The notes below the pieces were generated by a model. That model was not told the DNA's origin. It searched no databases and was given only the letters and a program-made list of their open reading frames with translations. A stretch of DNA of 64,000 bases from Octopus sinensis (lineage: Eukaryota). Positions 49,150 through 63,589 of this stretch are shown piece by piece (the stretch's first letter is position 1; each line of letters begins with the position of its first letter). The translations under genes were made by a program, and so were the position numbers. The DNA lies in NCBI RefSeq assembly GCF_006345805.1, contig NC_043000.1:146258001-146322000 (forward strand), given 5' to 3'.

Positions 49150-52100
49150 GTGTCTCTTCTATTTTATAATTAGTATAAATCTTCGACTGAGGAGGGAGCC
49201 GGTTTCCAACAAAGATACAAGATACTTTTATAACTTGAAAAACGTCTTGCATATTTTTACTCTTCCATTCACAGATTGGACTTGTAAAGTGCGAATCATC
49301 CGGTCAGTTTCGGTTTCTGAAAATCCCTGTTTATCCGTATTCTCCTTTAAGTATTTACTAACAATACCTAGTGCTCTAATTATTATTTGTATGAATATGA
49401 ATTTATAGTCTGGATATAGAAACTGGATGTGTCGAAGTAGTTGTCCAGAGATATCCTCATTTTCTTTGATGTTCCTCTATGATGGTACATACCTTTGCCC
49501 CACTGTTTCAAGCAATAATATCTGGCCTGTTATGCTTACATTTGATAGGCCTTTTTAATATGAATATTCCACCAGTATTCCTTGAGTTGGTATTTATGAA
49601 TGTATTCCATAACAGAGGGATTTTCTAAGTTTATTTCAAGACAGTCTTCGTTACGGATACCATTGTAAATTGTATTAGCAACATCATGTAACATAGGGAG
49701 GTAGTACCCTGATGACATTTTAGGACAGCTGCTAATCACATGCGTAATGTCTTTCCCAGAAACATGGCAAGGGCATCAAATGTTGGGATCAGCACTATTA
49801 CTGCAAACGCATTGTGGGATATTGTTTTCTTGTAAGAAGAGATTTCCAACTGCTATATTTTCCTAAGTCTGTTGTAATATTTTTGGGTTACTCTATATTC
49901 ATTCAGTGCCTTCATATGATACATTTTCGTCTATGCCTAGGCACTTGTAACATTCTTTGTGTAGAATCGAGGAGATAGAGAGACCGTTGATGCACAGGTT
50001 TGGGTTTGAGATAGACTAACTCTCCTCGTTCTATAACCAAATATTAACATTTCTTTTGGCCAAATTACATGCTTATATCAGCTGAAAATTTTATTAATTC
50101 CGTATGCTATTTGGCATTGTTAACTCTTTTAGCATAAATCTTCAAGCCGTCTACAAAGAAATTATGAGTTACACTGATATTTCTAGCAGTTAAAGATTCT
50201 AGCATGTAACCATTTGTTTTCTGCAGTAGGAACGATAATGGATTCTGTGCCAAAAGGAAAATAAGAACAGAAAAACTATCTCCCTGGAATATTCCTTTGT
50301 AATATCTATTCTATTAGAAACAATTATTCTATTCTTCGTTGCAAGGGTAAGAATAGTTGTCCATTTCTTTGTGAGTCTCCCTATAGCAGCAATTAATGTA
50401 GTAGATAACTTTGCCACATGTAGGCACTTCAGCAGCCATGTGAATGAGGGATAGAGTCGAATGCTTCTTATAGTCAAGCCGACTGTCACAAGGTTTCTGA
50501 GTTGTTTTCTTACTTCAAACAGTACAACGTTGTTTATTAAAAGTTGTTCGGCACATCCCCACACTCCCTTCTTTCCACCAATCTCTTCATCTGTCACAAA
50601 TTTGTTCGACTCACAATGATCCTGGAGGAATTGGTTGAGGCAACTTGTGTATAGTTTGTACATATTGTTTAGGCAAGCAATGAGCCTGTATTTTCCTGCC
50701 ATCTCGGTGATTTCATTTTTGGCAACAAGATTTATCCTTGCTGTAGCAAACCAATGTGGTATATCAGTCTGACATTCCATAGTCTTTTTGAACATACATA
50801 TTAATAGGTTTCTATAAAATGTGAGTTTCTTGTACCAATATCCAACTATTAGGTCCCTTCGCACTCTGCAGTTTACCTACTGCTATAGCGAAGGTTTCTG
50901 CATCAATTTTGTATGTTTTACTGTTGGTGTTGTTACAATATTCTCTCTCAATTTCATTTAAACATGTGGCATTCACGTTGAAATCCCTGTTTGTGTTCCA
51001 AATTTTTGACTAGAATGATTGTAGATCTTCTTGAGAGAGAGATTTCTTAATGGTGATGTTTTCTTTCTTCATCTCTCTGTATAATACTTGTGCTTTGGGA
51101 GCTAACTTGTGATTGATACTGGCTCACTCAAAATTTCGCATGCGATAGCAAAGTTTCTCGCTCATCGTCGTGAGTTCAAGCTTTAAAATGATTAGCTTTC
51201 CCTCAATAGTTCGGTGTAAAGAGTTGCCATAAAGTTTCATTAATTTTTGTCAAAGGTAGAGTTGGTGAGGTGTAAACTCATTTCTCTCCTTAATCTTATT
51301 TTTACTGTTAATCATCCAATATGGTGGCGCACGTTGTTGATGTTTTCTTCAAGTTTTGTTTTCCATCTAGTTGTTGCCGTTTAGTAATTTCGTTACTTTG
51401 TTCACTGTAGATTTTCCCTAGGTGTTCTTTAAGCGTAACAGCGACTGTGTATATAAGAGTATTAATATTGCAGTAATCAACATCACTTGATTCCACGCGC
51501 TCTCCAGCAACATCGTTGATAACCCTCAACATTAGATCAGTCGGATTTTTTCTCACTCTTGTTGGGAATAGTCTGTTGCTCAACGAAAGCTTCGAGAATG
51601 TCGCAAATTTGTTTTTGCGAATTGTAATTTTAAAATGCTTCTGAGTTGTATATATCCCGCAGTCTTCACTACTGAATTAGCTAAATTTGGAGACCCTCGA
51701 ATTTAGCGATGGCAGTTTGTCTACTTTATTTTTTACGCTGCTTCTGGCAGATGTTTAACCCATTTTCAGTATTTTGGGAGGTTAGAGGACCAGTTGATTT
51801 GATTTTCTTACAAAAGATGCTTGTTGTCGGGGCTGTTTCACCGTGAAGGTATTTAAGTTAGGATGAGCTTCGTTCCAGTATTGTTTTAACCGCTTCATGT
51901 AACTGACTGCTTTTTCATAGAACCGAAGTAAATCTCGGTTTAGTTGTTGAGTCCAAGTAAAATTATAAGGGTACTTACGTCTTCTTAAAGAACTTACTGG
52001 TGAAGTAGTTCTGTTTTCATCGGTGGCGACGTTGTTAGTTTCATCAGTATTGGTGTTAGTTTCAGCTATAATCGCGTTAGCGAGACTCCACGTGGTGTAG

Positions 52101-52292
52101 ATGTATATTTTAAAATCTGTTCAGGAAGGCGCTACGATGGCGAGTAAAGGGTGTTTCTCTTATTGATTACTGGAGAAATAAACCAGTTATCGATTTAAGC
52201 AGAAGAAGTCGGCATATTTCTGGAGGAAGGCGTTCAAAACGGACTTTTTAAACGGTCCTCTACACCTGCACGTCTGATGTTGACGGTGCCAT
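49150..52292 (-). mobile_element. Near full-length decayed R4/Dong-clade non-LTR retrotransposon (RT, CCHC, restriction-like endonuclease)
   Basis: N-terminal WTQQLNRDLLRFY..MKRLKQYW; RT WFATARINLVAK, YRLIACLNNMYKLYTS, GVWGCAEQLLIN, KGIFQGDS; HVISSCPKM..YYLPM; NRPDILL; end IIIRALGIVSK..ICKTFFKL*. Confidence 0.9.
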
Positions 52293-52385
52293 TATGTGTG
52301 TGTGTGTACGTATGTATGTATGTATGTATGTTTGTATGTATGCATATATATATATATATGTTTGTATCTATGTATGTATGTATGC

Positions 52386-52441
<56 letters not shown>

Positions 52442-54202
52442 GTGTGTGTGTGTGTGGTGTGTGTGTGTGTATGCATGTGTCAATGCTGAACAGAGGATCG
52501 TCCAACCAGCGATTGAAGAAAACGCCAGTTGCATTTCGACAATCTCGGGCCTTGTCATTGACGTGTAGTTGGTAGTCACATGCCTAAACTAAATCTGTCC
52601 CCTTCAATATATAGGAAACTGTAAGTAATACATTCACTGATATTGGAATAGCCAATGTTTGGCTATTTGCAATATTTGGGAGAGCAATATGCCTATACGT
52701 ATATGGAAGTGCACACATTTCGTTCGAACAGGTGTAGCAATTACAAATCATTAACAAGGTCCAAACATGCTGAAACCTATATAGTCTTCTCAGAAATCAC
52801 TGCTAGGGCGAGCCTATTGTATTTCTCTTATATATATTGCGTTTTTTGTAACACAACATATCTTCTGAAGTGTTTTTCTCTCGGAGGAAAATTCCACGGC
52901 AACATGCCTCTCATTGGTGTATCTATGTTAAGTATCATTCATTGATGGCTACATTACATTGAATTCGAACAGTTTCTTTACATTTAGGCCAGATCTTTTT
53001 CCACGTGATGCGAAATTGCTTTTAATTCTATCCTTCTGCGCAATAATAGCTTCGACAATAAATTCAGCGGTCTAGTTCACTTATTTAATGTATGTTCCTC
53101 TTACATCGATATAGCGAGCTTGAACATAAACATTTTGTCAATATTTGAATATCTTTAAAATCATATTACACATATATTATCATTACGGTAATTTAAAATG
53201 TTTTTATTTTTTTTCTCTCGATATTTTCTATCGAGAGCAAAACCGATATAGTCTCACTAACAGGATTCATATATAAACATTGAAAATACTGTTGCAATAA
53301 TTTTTTCATACATAATATTTTACAATATGTTTGTGCGAACTTCTCCTCAAGGGATAAACTATATGCAGAATGAAAGATGAAATAATGTGAACACAAACGG
53401 TAAATAAATACATTAAAATATACATAGAAATAATTGAATGTGTTTAATAACATTAGAGAGACGGAAAAACTCATCTCACATTAGATTCTGATTATAAAAA
53501 TCCTATGAAAATATAACATTTTAACAATATTTGATAAAACTAATGCGGAATGTGTGATATAGAAATAAGAAACAGCAGCAGTAATAATGTAAATAAGGAA
53601 AGGTAAATAATGAGAAAACATAAACAAACGTGAAAATAATAACATAAATGTTAACTATTATAATAACATTAACGAATATGTTAATAATAATTATTATTTC
53701 TTTATTTAGATATTAACAATGCCATTTGAAAAAACGGAAATTGCTAAAACTGACATATGGAGGGTTTTACTACTATAATGGAGATATATTTGGAGTATGT
53801 ATGCTTTAAGGGACCTGCACTAAAGATTCATTTTTGTGTACAACAATAGCTTATTTGATAAAACTATTTATTTGGATGATGTATGAAGGAATATTTTTTA
53901 ACGTGTTTATATTTCACCAAAATTTCATTTACAGATATCGCAGAATAAATATAGCATAACTTTCGATTGTTATTATTACATGTAATGTACACTTTAATAT
54001 GCAAAAACATCCTCGTAAGTTACATAAATGTCTGGGTTTATATATTACCCAGGTGTACTTGCAACAATGGTTATTTAAAAGGATTCACAAGTTTATACGT
54101 ATATACTTAGAGTTACAGCAATCACCCACAGTGAGTAGGACTTATCACCTTGTACCATGTTTTGTTTTTATAAACGACTCTAGATGTTCAAGTAAATGTT
54201 TT

Positions 54203-54585
54203 TGGAAGCACTCCATCGGTTACGACGACGAGGGTTCCGGTTGATCCGAATAAACGGAACAGCCTGCTCGTGAAATTAACGGGTAAGTGGCTGAGCACTC
54301 CACAGACACGTGTACCCTTAACGTAGTTCTCGGGGATATTCAGCGTGACACAGAGAGTGACAAGGCCGGCCCTTTGAAATACAGGTACAACAGAAACAGG
54401 AAGTAAGAGTGAGAGAAAGTTGTGGTGAAAGAGTACAGCAGGGATCACCACCATCCCCTGCCGGAGCATCGTGGAGCTTTAGGTGTTTTCGCTCAATAAA
54501 CACTCACAACGCCCGGTCTGGGAATCGAAACCGCGATCCTACGACCGCGAGTCCGCTGCCCTAACCACTGGGCCATTGCGCCTCC
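54203..54585 (-). mobile_element. SINE family C, full length
   Basis: Head ggaggcgcaatggcccagtggttagggcagcggactcgcggtcgtaggatcgcggtttcgattccc with A- and B-box-like motifs; end gtaaccgatggagtgcttcc. Confidence 0.93.
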
Positions 54586-54798
54586 ACTCAAGTAGATGTA
54601 AGCATACACTCTCGACATCTTCAAACACGAAACGTCTGAACATTTGTGATGCGAATGCTGAAGGAGGGAGGAATTACTTTACGAGCACCTAACCTAGTAC
54701 TCTTTTCCCCAATTTCAGCTGACTGGTCGAGAGTAACGTGAAATGAGGTGCTTTATTTAAGGACGCAATTCGCTTCTGGGGCATACATATACACATAT

Positions 54799-55030
54799 AA
54801 GGCGGCGAGCTGGCAGAAACGTTAGCGCGTCGGGCGAAATGCTTAGCGGTATTTCGTCTGCCGTTAGGTTCTGACTTCAAATTCCACCGGGGTCGACTTT
54901 GCCTTTCATCCTTTCGGGGTCGATAAATAAAGTACCATTTACACGCTGGGGTCGATGTAATCGACTTAATCCCTTTGTCTATCCTCGTTTGTCCCCTCTA
55001 TGTTTATCCCGTGTGGGCAATAAAGAAATA
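54799..55030 (+). mobile_element. SINE family A monomer, full length
   Basis: aaggcggcgagctggcagaaacgttagc...gtttatcccgtgtgggcaataaagaaata. Confidence 0.93.
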
Positions 55031-55899
55031 TATAAACAGCCACAGTCATGTATGTGAGGGGGAGGTGAAGGGGTAAGTATCATAAGGTTTTCACACGGTA
55101 ATTGCACTGCTCAAAGGAAATACCTGCAAAGGTTACGAGCCAAATTGAGCCATTGTACTGATACGCATCATGCTTCCTACTCGTATCCAATATGCCGAGT
55201 TGGAAAGTCTCTGCGGTTTTAATGAGAGTCAAAAAATTCAAGTAACATATCTTCAATATTCGCTTGAAGTTGAGCATATTTGCAACAACCAGGTTATCGT
55301 GAAAATTGCTTGCGTTTATCTCGTCTTTTTGTTTTCATACAAGCGATTCAAATCCAGTTACGTGCTTGGCCAAGAAGATGACCTTTTAGGAGAGCGAATT
55401 AATAAGCAGAGTTCAAAATAATTCGAAAACAAATGTGAAATAATAATAAAATATATGTTATTCAACATAATCATAGTCATTTGTGAAGTTATCTATTACG
55501 CCTGTGTACTCACACATGCATCCACACACATGTCACACACGTAGGTGTGTGAAAGAGTGAGAAAGAGTATGTATGTGCGAGGATGTATTAATATGTACAT
55601 ACATATATGTATAAGCATGAGTAAACATTACGTGTATGTATATGTATGTATCTGTATAATAGAGTTAGAATAATTTCACTTTTGCACGAACAACCGTTTT
55701 TCGCAAAGACATGGATGTCATATCCTCTGAAAAAAAATCATATTGTGTCCATATTGGATTCTAGAAACAAATCAATCAGTTTCGTTTTCTCTAAACACCA
55801 ATGTGGAAATCGTAAACACTATTGTTAATATTCTATGGGCGTCAAGTCAGTGTTACGGGATGTGAACGACAGTAAAGGCAGTGCTTTCACTTAGTCGCC

Positions 55900-57350
55900 T
55901 GTCTTTGACTGCCAGAACAGGGTAGACAAATTTCCTTCGACCTCTAGAAAATTTTGACGTCTAGAAAATCCCCACAGATTACAGTGGCCGGTTATGCTAT
56001 CCTCAAATTTGTGACTTGCGCGGACGACTTACACGGGATTTGTAGATAGGGACCGGTTTACTGGAAGTTGAATGTTTTTTTCCGGTGCACAGAGACTACA
56101 GTGACCGATTAGCAAGCTAGTAAATGGACAGTGGAAGTGGGTATTTGTCAACAACTGACGGTAAGAAATACAGCAGTTAAGAATGATTTGATGAGCTTTT
56201 AGGAAAGAAATAATATAGACTGACGTCTCCCCTATCAGCAGTTGATCTGTTTCTTGTTTCCAGAGAATCGCCAATAATACTGAGTTTAATGTTTGTGATT
56301 GCCAATCGAAATGGTCACCTCTCAAAACTGCTTTGTATCGAACACTCAGTCCTAATATACATGTACTCATGCTGCTGTACGTTTTGGTTTCAATGCAATG
56401 TGCGAAGAGTTTTAGAGGTATACGGGTCCAGCTTGGTCACAGGAAATCCGCAGGACGTCACTCCCACATTTCTGAATAGCTTAGATAGAGAATCATTCGG
56501 CATAATAAGGATAGAATGGTAGGAGTGTACAAGAAACACTGATAAACCGTTGCTATTTGATGGTCTTTCAACTCGCTAACTGGTGAGGAAATCTATTCCA
56601 TCCAGCATTATTTTTTTCACTTCATTGGATTGCGTGCCCGTTGAAGATAGAATCTTTTTCCCAATGGACCTTCAGGTGAATGGAAACTGGTATGAGATTT
56701 TAAACAGGGTGGACAGTTTCCCTCAGAAATAAACCGAGGAGGAGATGTCTCTTAAAGGTCGGAGGTTTACTGCCGCCTGACCGTCGTAACTTGTCACAAG
56801 AATCCTCTAACCAGACTGAAGTGTATGTTTGACCATGTCTTATGAAAGGGACAGGGTTCATAGGTCGTAAAACGTATCCAGTAACCACACCGACTTTCTG
56901 GTGGTCATTGTCATCCCTGATGATACTCAGATATGTATAGGGGTTGCATACATGAATATATATCTAAACTGAAATTTAGAGTGATGATGACAACGAAAAT
57001 GAGAGTCTCTTGTGAGTGATGCTTTTTTGCAACATGAATCTTTGACTGAGAAATAATCATGGTTCAAGTGTAGGACGAGGTTAGGTTTTTGGTATCTAGA
57101 ATTATGTCAGGTATTCGCAGCAGTATACTACCAGGAAGTTTCTATCGGCTAAAAAGCAATCTCGACATCTGTAGAGGATTAATAGGTTACAGTTAATCTG
57201 GGAGGGACTCTGGTTGTCGAGATAAGTACAAGGGGTAAAACAAAACATACAGTACAATTATGTTTAGCTATGCCATGATAAATTAGGATTGTGTATAGAA
57301 CAGAAGCTGTCTCATGCAAGATGAATCCGACTAGCCAACTAAATGTAGAA
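55900..57350 (-). mobile_element. Decayed CR1/L2-group LINE RT region (tentative)
   Basis: WLEDSCDKLRRSGGS (resembles WLxDFLxxRxQxVRVGG), IQLPVNRS near the 3' end; heavily disrupted. Confidence 0.4.
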
Positions 57351-57644
57351 ATCGAATCACCACCGTCTTTTTACAGAGAAAAGGGGTCTAGTCTCCTGTC
57401 TAATAACTAAGGTGAAAACAGTTGTGTGGTGAAATGCTTGAAGACAGGCAGTTTCCTATCTAGCTACATTCACATCAACTTCCGCAATTATACTTGTTGT
57501 TATTATGAGTTTTTTTTCTACATTCAGTTTTGTTTCTATTTCATGTAATTGACTATACACCTCCCCAAAATTTCAGATTTTGCGTCTAAGTAGGAAGGAT
57601 TATTAACTTTATTATCATTGTTATTAATTATTATCATTGAAGTA

Positions 57645-57795
57645 TCGGGCTGGCAGAAATGTAAGACCGTTCGGAAAAAAATGCTTTGCAGTATTTGTTC
57701 CTGATTGTACAGTCTGAGTTCAGATACAACCTAGGTCAACTTCGCCCTTCTTGTTTTCGAGGTCGATGAAAGAAATCTCGATCAAGTACAATCAA
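57645..57795 (+). mobile_element. SINE family A, degenerate
   Basis: gctggcagaaatgtaagacc...ctgagttcagatacaacctaggtcaacttcgccctt. Confidence 0.6.
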
Positions 57796-59519
57796 GTTCA
57801 ATGTATACTATTACCTCAGTATCTTCACCATTAGTTCTACGCTACACTGAGCCCTAAACAATACAAAATCAAAATAAAACTCGCAACATGCTTTTATACC
57901 CCTTTGCCTCATAATTACTTTCACTGTCTACCGACACCACATTGCTCCATATTCATCCGCCTACCAAAAAGACAACCTGCCAAAGTCTATAATAAATTCC
58001 GAATCAAAATATGCATATGCATACATCCATACATTTCGATGTAGGCCAGCAAACTAAATTTCCGAAGTGATTGTCAACTTTTAATTTTAACTTCTTCGAA
58101 AAACTTCTTATTTATGCGCGCACGTGTGCGTGTGAGTGAGTGTATTCCTACTAATATAAGAGTTTTATTGTTTTCTTTTTTTTTTAACTTTATACTATTC
58201 TATAAAGTAGTAGAATAACATTCATAGAATCAGAAAAAAAACAAATTGCATAAACATATGTCCACGTTACTGAGAATAAAGTTTTTCGCTAGTATTCGAT
58301 AATGGAACCTGGCTTCGTGGTAAAATATTTGTCTGCACAAAAGATATTGGTTTGCTCTTTACAATGCCAACCTTCACAAGTTTGAATGAACCTTCCCAGT
58401 GAGAAATAATTAAACGATGATAACCAGACTCGAATAACATCAGCCAAATCTCACTAAAAAAAAATCGGTTTTCATAAAGCGTATATCCAATGAATAGTAA
58501 TTATGAAGCAAAATATTTTAGGTATGCACTTACTGTCATGGCATTAAGTACATTACACATTAACGTAAATATATCTAAAGTCATGAAACTAGCCTATCTG
58601 TTATATTTATCCTAGCTTATTTTACATATGCATAAGTTCTATATAGTGAGGTTAGCAGTTAGGAAATGCAATATCTTATTTGTGTACTGCTATTTTTTAT
58701 TGCTCAACTTGCAAGTAAAGTAAGTTATAAATGTGTCTGTATTAGCTGGTAAAAATATAACTAATGCCTGTTGATGTTTCAAGGGAATAATATTTCTATG
58801 ATTGGAACGTGCTATTAAGTGAACGTAGAACACAAGCGGCAGTATTTGAATCGCATTTTCCTTTATCTGAATTGGTGTACTTCAGGACACTGAAATTTCA
58901 TGAATATTTGAATTATGTCAGTCACCGAATGAGTGTATGTTGATTTACATTGTTTTGCTTATGTATTCTGAATAGTGTCTCTTATGAAAGAGATATATAC
59001 AAAAATACGTTACATACACCGGTATGTGAACCAGGATACCTCTTGGATTGTAGACAGAATTTATAGCCTGGAAAAAGATCTTCATGGTAATATGATATTT
59101 CGTACCATTTCGTTCATTGGCGGACATATAAGAGGTTATTTTTATTTCAAAAATGAAAAAAAAAATTATAATAAATACCGGGATAACTGTTATCGCATGT
59201 CTTGTCTCCTCAAATTGAAACTGTGAAACCGGGAAATGTGGGAACCTAAAAACATTAAATTGGCTCGTATAATATATTTTCTTTTTACAATATTTGATGT
59301 CTTTACTAGCAGTAGTTATGCATGGTAATGAAAATAATTTGAAATATCAGGACAAATGTGTTATAGGTAGGGAGGGAGGGAAATGTGCACTTTGTAGACA
59401 TTCAAAAAGTTTTAGGAGTTAAAATTAAATAGATCAACTATGTATTGAATAGAATCTCATTCTCCGACATATCCAATCGTAATAAAATGATACTGATTTA
59501 ATCTCAGAATAGTAATATG

Positions 59520-59550
59520 TAATAATATTGATGATAATGATAATAGTAAT

Positions 59551-59607
<57 letters not shown>

Positions 59608-59610
59608 TAG
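59520..59610. repeat. (AAT)n microsatellite
   Basis: Direct reading. Confidence 0.95.
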
Positions 59611-60196
59611 TATGACACTTCCATTCATAATGAAGTTAAAACTTCTATTTTCTAATGTAATTATATACAATAATATTCCTCTAAAAAGATGCAGCCGGTT
59701 ATTTCTAATAACGATAGCGCAACCTACATAAGCTTACATACTTTCAATCTGAATGCATTAATCGCATTTATCTAAAAAAACCTGCAGAGCCCAAGGGCAC
59801 AGGACCTTTCTTTTAACGGAATCTTAAGTAACAAAGATATAGATATCTTAGCTCATATACATATGCATGCACGCATGTATATGTGTATAAATAAAAATAC
59901 ACAAACGCACATGCATACATACATGCATATATAAATACATATATACATCCATACTTGATGGTTATATACTCGTGTTCGAATATTGCTGCCACGTGATAAA
60001 TGTTCGTATCAGCAATTTTTGTGATAGGTCTCACTTTTCCAAGCAATGCCAGTGCATGACAAAGTTTTATAGTGGTTAAACAATTTGTAAAAATCCAATC
60101 CTACTCTCTGAACATGGGCAACATATATGCGAAAAGAACTAGTCCTCATCATTGAATATTGTCATTGTCGCAGTTTTTCTCTCAGTGTTTCCCTCA

Positions 60197-60390
60197 ACTC
60201 TATATTTAAGAGATGACGAATTAGGCACATTATTTACATTATTTACAATTGACAGATATTTGTCCTCATCTTGTTAGTTGTTAACACAACGTTTCGGCTG
60301 ACATACTCTCCAGGCTTCATAAGGTGCATTGGGGAAATTTCGAACCTGTGTTCTCATTCCTAAGGTGTTGTTCGATGTTGTTGTTGTTGC

Positions 60391-60432
<42 letters not shown>

Positions 60433-60503
60433 TGTCACTGCTTGGAATCGAACTCGGAATCTTGGGGTCAGTAGCCCGCTCTCTTAACCATTGCACCATG
60501 GGC
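60197..60503 (-). mobile_element. tRNA-headed SINE with internal (AAT)n/(AAC)n and a PLE-type hammerhead-like 3' region
   Basis: Head gcccatggtgcaatggttaagagagcgggctactgaccccaagattccgagttcgattcc; motif gcac CTTATGA agcctg..cagcc GAAAC GTT gtgt at 60327-60284. Confidence 0.78.
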
Positions 60504-61155
60504 AATTATGGAGTGAATATTAGGGCTTATAAATCTAATGTTCTCCTATCCTTCTTTAATACAGGTTCCCATATGCTGTGTTGGTTGTGATTGCTAGAAT
60601 CGTATTGCATGTGTATATATGTACGTTTTTTTCGTAGGATGTGTGTGGGTTTGTGCTCGAGCGTGGGGATAATGTGTTTGTGCGTGTGTATATGTATGTG
60701 TGTGTGTTTTTGTGGGAGGTTTACATTATATTTGTGTGTGTATTTGTACATCGGTGTGTGTTTATTGTGGATGTGTACCTGGGGGGTGATATTTTGAGTT
60801 GTGGCCTGTATTTTTGAATAAGTATATTTTTCTTATTTATTCCTGTTTCGTCAGTGGTGTTTCTGGGCATTGGTACTGTGGGAAAACTAGGAATTTGGGG
60901 GACTTGTTTTGTGCATAGAGATCTAAATGGCCACTAAATGGTATCTGTCTTGTGTTGGGGTCCCTCAATTGTTGGCGGTGGACTGTCATCTTATCTGTGA
61001 GGCTAAGGCTTGTCTACTCTATGCAGTCTTTTTGGCAGCCTTCCCACCTAATGGCATAAAGTAAATCTTTTCATAATCTTTTTTTAAAAAAAGGGAAACT
61101 GGTCAAGTCAATAAACATCTTTAATAAGACCTCTGCATTTTCAAACCCTCTTTCC

Positions 61156-61218
<63 letters not shown>

Positions 61219-61578
61219 ATATATACATTCATATATATATATATGCATATATGTATACATGCATATGTATATATATAAATACGTGCATACATACATTATT
61301 ACACACATACATACATACGTACGTACATATAAAATATAATAGTATGATATAAGAGAAAACGATAAGGGGTGTATAAACTCATAAATGACGGAGAAATACT
61401 TTGATGAAATTTTATTTTACAATAAGAAAATTCTAATGTCACGACAAACATGTAAATAATATGTCATTATATTTAACAATAAATAAATAACTTAGATGTC
61501 TAAATTAATGCAAAATCCAACGAACCCTTAAAAGCAATGCAGAATTTTTGCGACGTAGCTTATATATATATATATATA

Positions 61579-61995
61579 TTACTCTTTACTCTTTTACTTG
61601 TTTCAGTCATTTGACAGCGGCCATGCTGGAGCACCGCCTTTAGTCGAGCAAATCGACCCCGGGACATATTCTTTGTAAGCCCAGTACTTATTCTATCGGT
61701 GTCTTTTGCCGAACCGCTAAGTGACGGCGACGTAAACACACCAGCATCGGTTGTCAAGCAATGCTAGGGGAACAAACACAGACACACAAACACACACACA
61801 CATGCATAAATATATATATATATATATATATACGAGAGGCTTCTTTCAGTTTCCGTGTACCAAATCCACTCACAAGGCATTGGTCGCCCCGGGGCTATAG
61901 CAGAAGACACTTGCCCAAGGTGCCACGCAGTGGGACTGAACCTGGAACCATGTGGTTGGTTAGCAAGCTACTTACCACACAGCCACTTCTGCGCC
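61579..61995 (-). mobile_element. SINE family B, full length
   Basis: Very similar to 5448-5858 and 24121-24541. Confidence 0.93.
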
Positions 61996-62636
61996 TATAT
62001 ATATATATATAAAATGCAAAGTATCTCATGTTTAGTCGTCCTGGTTCCTTGGATATGTATTTGCGTTTATAATAAAGCTTAGAAATATCCTCTCCACATT
62101 CCTCTTTTTTTTACTTTCTTCTTCCAATTTTATTTCTAAATCTTTGCCCTAATCATTGTTTTCTCACGCGCACTCTTTCATTCACATCATTCTGTTACCT
62201 TCATACGTAAAACATCCGACATTATCGTGTACATGTCAATATAACTAAGTTTATTTCTAACCAGAACCTTCACAAGGACTAAGAACCTAAGTCAAGTATC
62301 TCAAGCATGAGGACAAGGCGAAGTAATATCACTATAATTGCATTTAAATCTGCATCAGAAACTCAGCTACACTTTCCAGTATTTAGTTCTTTACTTTATT
62401 ATAAACTCAAAATTCTTGCAACGGGATTTGAACATTTGCATTGATTGCTATTGTGAATATACAATAAGAGCCTGTATCTTATTCCGTATGTCATTTTTTT
62501 CCCTTCATTCATCTACCTAAAGGGGTTTTGAAATTCAGAACACGCGATACAGCCTGTTGAGATTTCGCTAACTCAGGCTATATATCAGAATTTCTATCTC
62601 TCCCTCATTCTCCCTTTCTCTTTCTCTCCCTCTATT

Positions 62637-62639
<3 letters not shown>

Positions 62640-62674
<35 letters not shown>

Positions 62675-62702
62675 AAACATACATACATACGCACATTCCT
62701 AT

Positions 62703-62788
<86 letters not shown>

Positions 62789-62800
62789 TATATATGTATT
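62640..62800. repeat. (TA)n-rich microsatellite
   Basis: Direct reading. Confidence 0.95.
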
Positions 62801-63120
62801 CACTCATACACGCGTATACATATATACATATCATATATTTGTTTGCTTGTCGTAAATTCAATAACAGCATTAAGAAAATAAACAGCGAGATATCTTTAAG
62901 TATTCTTAGAATGGAACATGATATATAGTGTGTATAAATTGATTCAATATCGATATAATATATCAAGATGAATCATCAAATAAAATATATCAAACATGAT
63001 GATTGGTGAAAGATTCGTTTGATAGATACTGACATTAAATATTTCGTACATTCAGATTTTTTCTGCTTCATTTATCCTATTCTTTCTTCTGTTGTGTTTT
63101 TGATTTTGTTTCTTCTTATT

Positions 63121-63198
<78 letters not shown>

Positions 63199-63589
63199 TT
63201 TCTTGGTTTTGTTCTTTGAAGATCTAGAACAGCAAAGATGCCTGACATTTCAAGTAAAAATCATTCCGCCGTGGGCTATAAGATTTCAGTGAAATAGTAT
63301 TCATTGTCATAAAAGAGAATGCTCTCGACGAGGAGGAGTTAGAAAAGATTGTTCGTAGCAGTAGATATTTATGAAGATCTTTATTTAAGGAGATTTTGCA
63401 TTATGCTTCAGCAAAATTAAAAACTGATTTCAATGTCACTACGATAGAAATACTTGTTAATACAATCTTTCAAAATGTAACGTTTAAGCCAAGATTCTTT
63501 GTGTAGCCAAAAACAGAAGAAAACACCCTAAAACTATTTGAATATATTCTATTTTCACACGTATAATTTTATCTCCCGTATTCTTTTCT

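Noticed and set aside
52150-52292. HDV-like ribozyme expected at the 5' end of an RLE element
   Set aside because: Could not build the nested double pseudoknot by eye; needs an RNArobo or Infernal search
52950-53070. Possible minus-strand exon TAEFIVEAIIAQKDRIKSNFASRGKRSGLNVKKLFEFN bounded by AG and GT
   Set aside because: No recognisable homology and a weak polypyrimidine tract; expected by chance
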